A stretch of 57,319 bases of DNA, counting the filler, from Sphacelaria rigidula (taxonomy: Eukaryota): NCBI GenBank assembly GCA_964200075.2. It is 8 parts of 8 records of this genome, joined end to end, with 100 filler letters (N's around TTAATTAATTAA, not from the genome) between each part and the next. Parts side by side here need not be neighbours in the genome. Positions count along the whole stretch, not along the records: positions 43,067 to 50,143 come from CAXNAA020016605.1; positions 50,244 to 57,319 come from CAXNAA020016606.1; 6 more parts are not named here. The stretch is one strand, 5' to 3'. Position numbers and translations under genes: made by a program. The notes beneath the pieces were generated by a model that saw only the letters and a program-made list of their open reading frames with translations, was not told where the DNA came from and did no database searches. Of this stretch, positions 49,701 through 57,319 are shown piece after piece. Numbering within the stretch: position 1 is the stretch's first letter; every line of letters starts with the position of its first letter.

Positions 49701-52700
49701 AACGCAGGGCGGAGAGCAAATGAATGCCCAACCCAAGCTGAAACAGAGCACCCCCTCATGTCCAGCGAGATGCGAGCGGTCGGTCTACCGACAGGTATCC
49801 GCCAAAATCCGTACCCGAAAATCAAGGGAAGCGGAAATTATGGACTACTGGAGGTCGGCAGCGAAAAATGACACCTGTCTACAGGGACAAGATCTGACAC
49901 AAAATGTAACTGATGTATGTTCTACACGGTTTTTGGCCACCGCTGAAATTGGGCGATTCCAAGGCAAAGGATACTGTGGAGTTTTTCGGCGCTGAAGATA
50001 TGATTCGCAGATAATTTAGGAAACTGGATAAAATAATGGGCCTTTAGAATAAGGATAAACCGCAGTGTAGGCTGGCGATCGCACGCACGGCTTTGTCGTG
50101 CGGGTCGTTTATGGGCCATGATAAAACTACACAGAATACACTCNNNNNNNNNNNNNNNNNNNNNNNNNNNNNNNNNNNNNNNNNNNNTTAATTAATTAAN
50201 NNNNNNNNNNNNNNNNNNNNNNNNNNNNNNNNNNNNNNNNNNNGGGATGCGAGGTCAAGGGTCTTATGACTATGGCATGCATGATCATGAGTACACTCCA
50301 GGGGCAAGAACAAGTCTGCGGAGGCGTATAGTTCCTCTGAATGGAGCAAAAAAATACTCCTCTGGAGAACCACGCACCCCTCCGAAGGCGTTTAATTTTT
50401 CTGGAGGTTCGAAAAGTTGACCGCCCTGGAGGTCGCGTGTGTACGTCATCGTCGTGAAAGCAACTTGAACGGCAATGAGCGAACGTAACGATCAACCGCA
50501 GACTGAATCGGGTACAGCGATCAAACTAGAGAGCATCGGGTACGAGTACGAAAAACCGAGCGGGACACGAGAAAACCTCACGACCGGCTGGTAAGAGGGA
50601 ACCCGCTGGAGGCAAGAAAAGAAGCTACTGTACGTGTTCCGACTCCAATTATCTTCGGAGTGGAATCCGGGTCATGACAAACCGTTCGTCGAGAGGGCAG
50701 CGTTTTGCGGGCATCGAGTGGAGCGATTTCCCCAAGAATGATGTATATAAACAAAAGAAGAAATGAGGAAGCTTCTAAAGATACGCTTTGTTCCGTGCCT
50801 TATCATAGTGGACTATATTCTGCAGTCTTGCTCTTGTGACAAAAGAAACGCTGCCGTGAACGTCGGCGATCATGATCCAGATCCGTGTATGCTTGCAAAG
50901 TACATCTTCGTGTCCTCTTTCTCCGTCGTTCTTCTGTATACACCTGCAGTGCCTCCCTTTCCTCGGAACAAGTCTGTGGCCTCGAGGGACCAACAACCCA
51001 TCTACATCTGACAGTTTTTTCGTGAGATTGAGAGTAGAGGGTACGACTGAGAGCGACGAGCAGCCAACTCATGAATGAATCGTTTCAGTTCCGAAATGAT
51101 CATTTTTAGGCCCGATACGCTTTCTGTAGTAGCCTGGCACTGGAAGCCCTTGGTGTCCCTGGGTGCCATATCGACGTGTAGCTGTAAGCCCACGTCCGTG
51201 CTACAGGCAAATAAAAACAAATATAATGATAATCGGTCAAGTTAGAGTGAACGATAAAACCCGCTCTCCATCACCGCTCTACTCTCGATCTCACGAAAAC
51301 ATTGTTGTCTCTCCCCCGGTACACGACGTACCCTTTTTGGATCGCGGATTGGATCATGACTACAGTAGTATCAGCACTCCCGCACCGCGTCCACTCTGTC
51401 GAACGAAGTTTCTTTGCTATTCACATACAACATCCTCGTCCTTTAGACGTCGGAAAACCAGATCCTCCACATTAAACTTGAGGAAACTCCAAATGTGCTG
51501 GGATTTGAACGACTTAAGTTGCATACTTTTCACTTGTAATTTACACCACCGAGGAGCGGCGGCCACAGCAATTTAACAAAATTATTATTAATTCACCAAT
51601 ATTACAATTCACCTCTTGGCTCAAATCGCGTGCTTCCTTGCAGACACGTGTCCTGTCGCGGTCAACCTCTCACACGCGGCCATTCGGCTCCTGCTCGAAA
51701 ATCCTCTATCGTAATTTTCATCCTCTGGAGGAAAAATGGCCCTCCGGGCTGCTCCGGAGGATGAAATACCATATGGTGCTTCAAGTATCGTCCAGAGGTT
51801 TTGTGTGCAAACTCCAGAGGTAAATTTTGCACCCTGGAGAGTATTGTTACCCCCGATTTCCCCAAAGACAACTTCAATAAAATTATGCGCTAGAGGGAAT
51901 CATGTGCCCTCTGGCTTTTCGTTTACTGTCCACTCCAGAAGCATCATGAACCACCAGATGGTATCTCACCCGAAAGGAGGGCCATTTGTCCCTCCAGAGG
52001 ATAACAATCACGATGGAGGATTTCCAAGCAGGAGACGAATGGCCGCGGGTGCTCACAGACGTCACCTTCAGTTTTCACTTGATTTTAAAGGACGTCGTTT
52101 TTCTCTTGGGCCTTTTAGGAGACAATGATTCATTTGCATTTCGGTTGGTATTTTAGGGTGCTGCGCTTCTTGTTTCTGCTTGGGTTCGGAGTATGTTTCT
52201 TTGTTTTCCGCACTGTGTTGCGCATGGCGCTATGGTCGATGCGATGCGTTCCATTTGATGCGTTTCCCGTCTTCACGTCTCAGTGGGCCCTTCGACCGTC
52301 GGAGGTACCTAGCTCCGTTCATCTCGACCACTACTTTTCACTTTCACGTGGAAATTGGATCCGTTCCATGATTTGCTGAGAAAAACCTCGCTTTCACTCC
52401 GACGGTACGAAACGGTCAGCGTGCCATCACTCTCCGCTGAACAAACAATCAGTATAGCTCTCGAGGCAGCAGGGCTTGTTGACGTCGAGCGAGTGTGTTT
52501 TGATCTTGGATGTAGGTTGCATCATCTCAACTGCACTTCCTTATCTCGACAATTTCTACGATAGCCCCCTCACGGAACGTGTTGGGTTTGGGGAAGCAAA
52601 AGCTACACGTGAATCGAAACAAAAAAAGGCTGGGGAAAACGAGCAGCTGGGAATTCCAACGCTTGGGATTCGCTTACGCCTATGTCGCCCATATGAGGCG

Positions 52701-53840
52701 CTTCATGCAGCCTGAGACCAAACATCAGGCGCTTCATGACCATTGTTTTCGCGACAGTTTTGGGCAGTTTTGTTTTCTTTTTTTGGGGGGGGGGAGCTAT
52801 CGTAGAGAGTTTCTTCGCAAGAGAGTTTCGGAAAGCGCCTTTTTGCCGTTTCAGAGTGCAAATATCTCAGGATCAGAGTGTGACGAAAAATTATTACCCC
52901 CTCTGTCAAATAAATGTGGTATCCCACCAGCTCTTTTTTCGATGAGGTGTTTATTATTTATTTTTCACTCTGATCCTGAGATATTTTCACTCTGAAATGA
53001 CAAAAAAGCGTTCTCCGAACTCTCTACTGTCACTGTACTGCCGCTGCTGGTGGTAACGCTACTCTACGTACGGCACATGAGAGTTTTGCAAGTTATTTCA
53101 TCATCATAAGTGGCTGGATGCAACGATTTTTCACTCATTTTTCATGTTGGAATCAATCGTGACCATTTCAAGGGGTGCCGACCCTCACACGCGGCCATTC
53201 GGCTACCCCCAACAATACTCTGTTCCCGGTCCACTTTTCGAGCCACCAGAGGAATTAAACGCCTCCAGAGGGTGCGCGACCCTCCAGAGAGGTGTGGGAT
53301 CAACCGCCTCGGGAGGCTTGTTTTGCCTCTAGAGGGGCGCGCATCCTCCGGAGGAATTTGGAGGATGTGCGGCCCTCCAGAGCATCATCGTTTTTGCTAC
53401 TCTTGAGGAATTCAGATCTCAGAAGTCACTGGAGTATCAGATGGCCTCCAGAGGATTCGTTTTTGACCGCACCTGGGGATGAAATACTCTAGAGGATATT
53501 TTACCCTCGAGATGATGAAAATCGTGATCGAGGATTTTTATGGGGGTAGGCGAATGGCCGCGTGTGCTTCATGTGCGTGTGTTGCGCGCGTGTTCAACAC
53601 ACAAAGCATAGCATCGTTTCCTCATGAATGAATTCTCAACAGAGTTGTGCAAAGTCATGAGCACGTACAACGTGCTCAGCTGATGAGCAGCTACGGCGGC
53701 TTTCCCTTCAACACCACGACGTGACATGTGTGCCTTTGCGCAAGGCACATTACCATCATCGGTGCTCATGCATATATTGGAAGTCGATCTACTAGGCGTG
53801 GCGACGTGAGCCACCGAAACCCTTCTTTACACTTATCTAT

Positions 53841-53939
53841 ATTCGCATTCGCACTCGCACTCGCACTCGCACTCGCACTCGCACTCGCATTCGCATTCGC
53901 ATTCGCATTCGCATTCGCATTCGCATTCGCATTCGCACT

Positions 53940-53970
<31 letters not shown>
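53841..53970. repeat. Compound microsatellite (TCGCAY)n + (TTG)n
   Basis: Directly visible. Confidence 0.95.
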
Positions 53971-53971
<1 letters not shown>

Positions 53972-56900
53972 CTCCTTCCTTTCTTCTTTCCTTTCTGTGG
54001 CTACTGCTTCTGTCTGATTATGATTTTTTCCTTCTTTGTTCCTTCTTCTGTTTTTGTTTTGCTGCTCCTGACCACGACGGGCTGGGTTGTTACAATCAGC
54101 TAAAGTGTGCGAGAACCAATCAATTCGTACCAACCCACAAACCTATCATGAGATTAGGCTTATTCTCTCTCCGATGTGTGTGTTCCTCATGTGGTTGGTT
54201 GTCCAACCTAAAGCTCACTGACCTGGAGTAAATGTGCTACGAGGTCTCTCGTGCACTTGAACCTTGTACGGCGCTTGCGCTGCGCCAAGTTACATGGGGA
54301 TTTTTAGTGGGTGCAGCCACCACACTGCCTTGTAGCAATGCCTTCTCAGCGCTCGAGGCGCCTACCCCACATGACTGCCGTGAGGCAATCTAGCCGATCC
54401 TCCGAGTGATCGGCACATGAACCCGCTCGCGAGGTAAGGGTTGGCTGAGGCTCCCTCCTTCCTTCGAGAAAAGAAGGAAAAGAAAAAAACTGCATCACCT
54501 TGCACAGGATAAATTAGGTACTGTGCTTCCGCCGTGTTTGCTTAGGTTCACGTCTGAAATGACCTACTGTAGGTCGGGTGAGGCAACAAATACTCATCAT
54601 GTCTTGAAGCTGACCGCTCCGCGTCATCTGATACGTGACTCGTCATCCACGCCTTGTTGGGCTAGCATTATGATGGCATGATCATGTGTCATAATGTGAT
54701 AAGGCGAACCCAGGACTGCGGGGTTGCAGGTCTGATCAGGCTTGATCAAACTGAATGTGTTTTGTTCAAAAAGGGTAAAGCCAGCTGGGAGTCTCAGCCC
54801 CCGAAACACTTACCGCCGAGGCGCTGCGAGCTAGCTAGTCCGGTGAGACCCATGAAAGGGCATTGAGTAGATGCGAGCAATGGAAAATAAGAGTGAAGTC
54901 TCATGGGTCAAGTGGATATCAACCTACCATTACGTCCATGAGATAGACATTAGGATGTTGATTTGTTGCTAGGTGCAACGAATGTTTCGGGGCAGATTGT
55001 TGTGGTCAACAGTCCTGTCCATCTTGCCAAGCATGCTTGCTTACACACCTGCTAACCACATTATACATGACACGCAAAAAACGCAAGGCACTTACTATAC
55101 GGGCACATACGCTGGAACATGGCCCACACTGCATACCATGTTCAACTAGCATCATGACACAGAGCATATTCGACGCAATGACTACGGGCGCACGCGGTGA
55201 GACATGGGCTACAGCAAGGGGCCTTACAGACTGGGATACGTTGTACACCGCCCCCCCCCCTTCCATGATCATGAGTACACACCACCCCTCACCCCCCCCT
55301 GGTCCGGCGAAAACCCGGCGTGCTCCGTCCCGGCTTTGTAGGGATACGAGGTCAATGGTCTTATGACTATGGCATGCATGATCATGAGTACACCTTCTTC
55401 CCCCCCCCACAGGCGGTCGAGTATGAGGAAAACCGAAAAATGATGTCCGAGACTCGTTTTTTCCTGTTTTTATGGAAGAATACTGAATTGAACGGTACCT
55501 TCACCACCACGATGCTGGCCTGTACACGAGCAGCCCAAAACCGAGGAGTTTGGGCGTATCAGTTGTTCTAGCGGCCGCAGGGACCAGAACTTGGCAGATG
55601 GATGTTGACGTTTCACTGAAGGTAACCGCTGGAAAATGACTTCAGGTGGGTGTTATAGTGGTGAAGCCGCAATGCTGGAGTGGGCCGTGTACTCAAGACG
55701 GGAACCCGATGGCGTTCTGTTTGTTGATCAAGGCTAGTGTACCACGAGTTGTGCGTGTTTCTGCGTGACACCATCGGTATACACTACTACTGTGACTTGG
55801 CTGCATACTTTAAACATTCTAAGCGGCTTAAAAATGTTCTGACAGTACTCCCACGGTATCAACAAATTGTAGATGATTCAAGGATGATCACCTGGTGCCC
55901 GCGTTTGGGCAGCTGTGTCGAGGGGCAATCTCTAAGATCGGCATAGTGAACAGCAACACAGGTAGAAACAACAAATGAGAATCTCGTGAAGATGGTGTCG
56001 CTGAAGAAAATAGCCAACAAGTCACTGTTCTATATTCTTCATCATGCTGGTGTTGGAAGTTTGAGAAATAACAGTTCCGAATATATATAGATATATACTC
56101 GAGATTAGCGGGAAAACCAGTAACGGTTCATCGTTAGAACAAAAATCGTAGGAATAACCGCACGAAGTAGCAAGGAAGTAGTACGTTATTTGTCGTAGAA
56201 TAATATTTTAGCTAATGTACTGTATAGTTCGTATACGGACAGTCAGCATGTTGTCAGAATATTGAAGGGTTGAGTACCAAGAGTCTAAGGTATCAACAGT
56301 TTGGATAAACAGTTTTATAGTGTCCCAAGAGTTTTTGCGAACAGATTGAAATAGCCCCAGGCTAATCACTCTCCAAAGCGACCCACCTCAAGGAAGTCCA
56401 TCAGTTTGTAATCAGTATTCTAAGAGTAGAGACTGATTGTGTTGGATTTGAGTAATGTCCGGGTGAAGCGGCACGTTCAACCATCTCTTCTCTCATCGCA
56501 CAAACAAGTGTTTAACCAACACTGTGCAGCCTCTGCGAGCTCTCTTGTTAGAGCTGGGTTCACCAGTTGAACCGATTGTTCCTGTCGGGTTGACAGTTGA
56601 ACACTGTGTATTTTATACACAAGCCACGATAGCCATTTATATTCCAACAGATGTTAAGCCTCGCTCAACAGCCGGCATACTCTGTTCCAACAAACGCGGG
56701 TCTTACAACAACCACGGCTACGTTTCCAGAACTTTTGACGGATTTATGTGTCGTGCCGCATGCTGTCGAGTCGATTGTTACGAGGGGATGCTGTTCCCAC
56801 GAATAATGATGGAGACTTGAACGAAGCATACGCAATGTTACCACCTGCCGTGCAACTGTAGCATACAAAACTTGTACACAAGCCTGGCACAAGCCCGGAA

Positions 56901-57319
56901 AAGCCGTTCATGCATGAACTGCACAATGCAGCATCTTCTATAGTCATTATCCATCTGATCAGGGGTTACCCACCCCTCCGAAAGAGGATACACTCCCCCT
57001 CTCCCCCATCGCCAAGAATGAGGCTTTCGGGAATCGGGGGAGATGTATAACGTATTCCAGTCTGTAAGGCCCTTTGGCTACAGACGGCGCCATGTTCAAC
57101 TCACACGGTGACATTTACCGTATACAGGGCAATGAGTGCGGATACACATAATGTACCATGGTCTGCGGTCCGTGCCATGTTCAACTGATATGATGACATA
57201 TTCCATGTGCGGGGCAATGAGTACGACTACATGAATTAGAAAATAGCACAGGCACCGTAGGTAAGGTAGGTACCCGGTACCGGTATTTGGGACATCTCGT
57301 ACCCTACCGATACCGACCC

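Overview
This is eukaryotic, transposon-rich nuclear DNA, and it is not one locus. Eight contigs of almost identical, decreasing length (7078, 7078, 7078, 7078, 7077, 7077, 7077, 7076 bp) are joined by an artificial 100-nt spacer (44 N + TTAATTAATTAA + 44 N). That is a length-sorted bin of unplaced contigs, so adjacency across gaps means nothing. The long repeat-filled introns and TTAGGG-like motifs suggest a stramenopile such as a brown alga (inference only). Host content I can support: three in-phase minus-strand exons of a DHX34-like DEAH helicase (contig 6) and one tRNA-Ala(TGC) with a Pol III terminator. The rest is mobile DNA: two decayed LINE reverse transcriptases, a Copia LTR end/PBS/gag remnant, a tRNA-headed SINE, and many MITE families (hAT with 8-bp TSD, Tc1/mariner-Stowaway with TA TSD, CAC-ended with 2-bp TSD, TGT...ACA-ended). 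The most unusual signal is a non-LTR system with poly(C) rather than poly(A) tails and target duplications that start in C/G tracts. It comprises a LINE, a ~300-bp SINE-like partner and stand-alone ~66-nt units, all sharing a structured 3' module with conserved stems and different loops. The second signal is a regularly spaced array of telomere-repeat-bearing MITEs separated by unique ~190-245-bp spacers whose flanks mostly do not match, which is either real shuffling or misassembly. Most ORFs in the supplied track are spurious.
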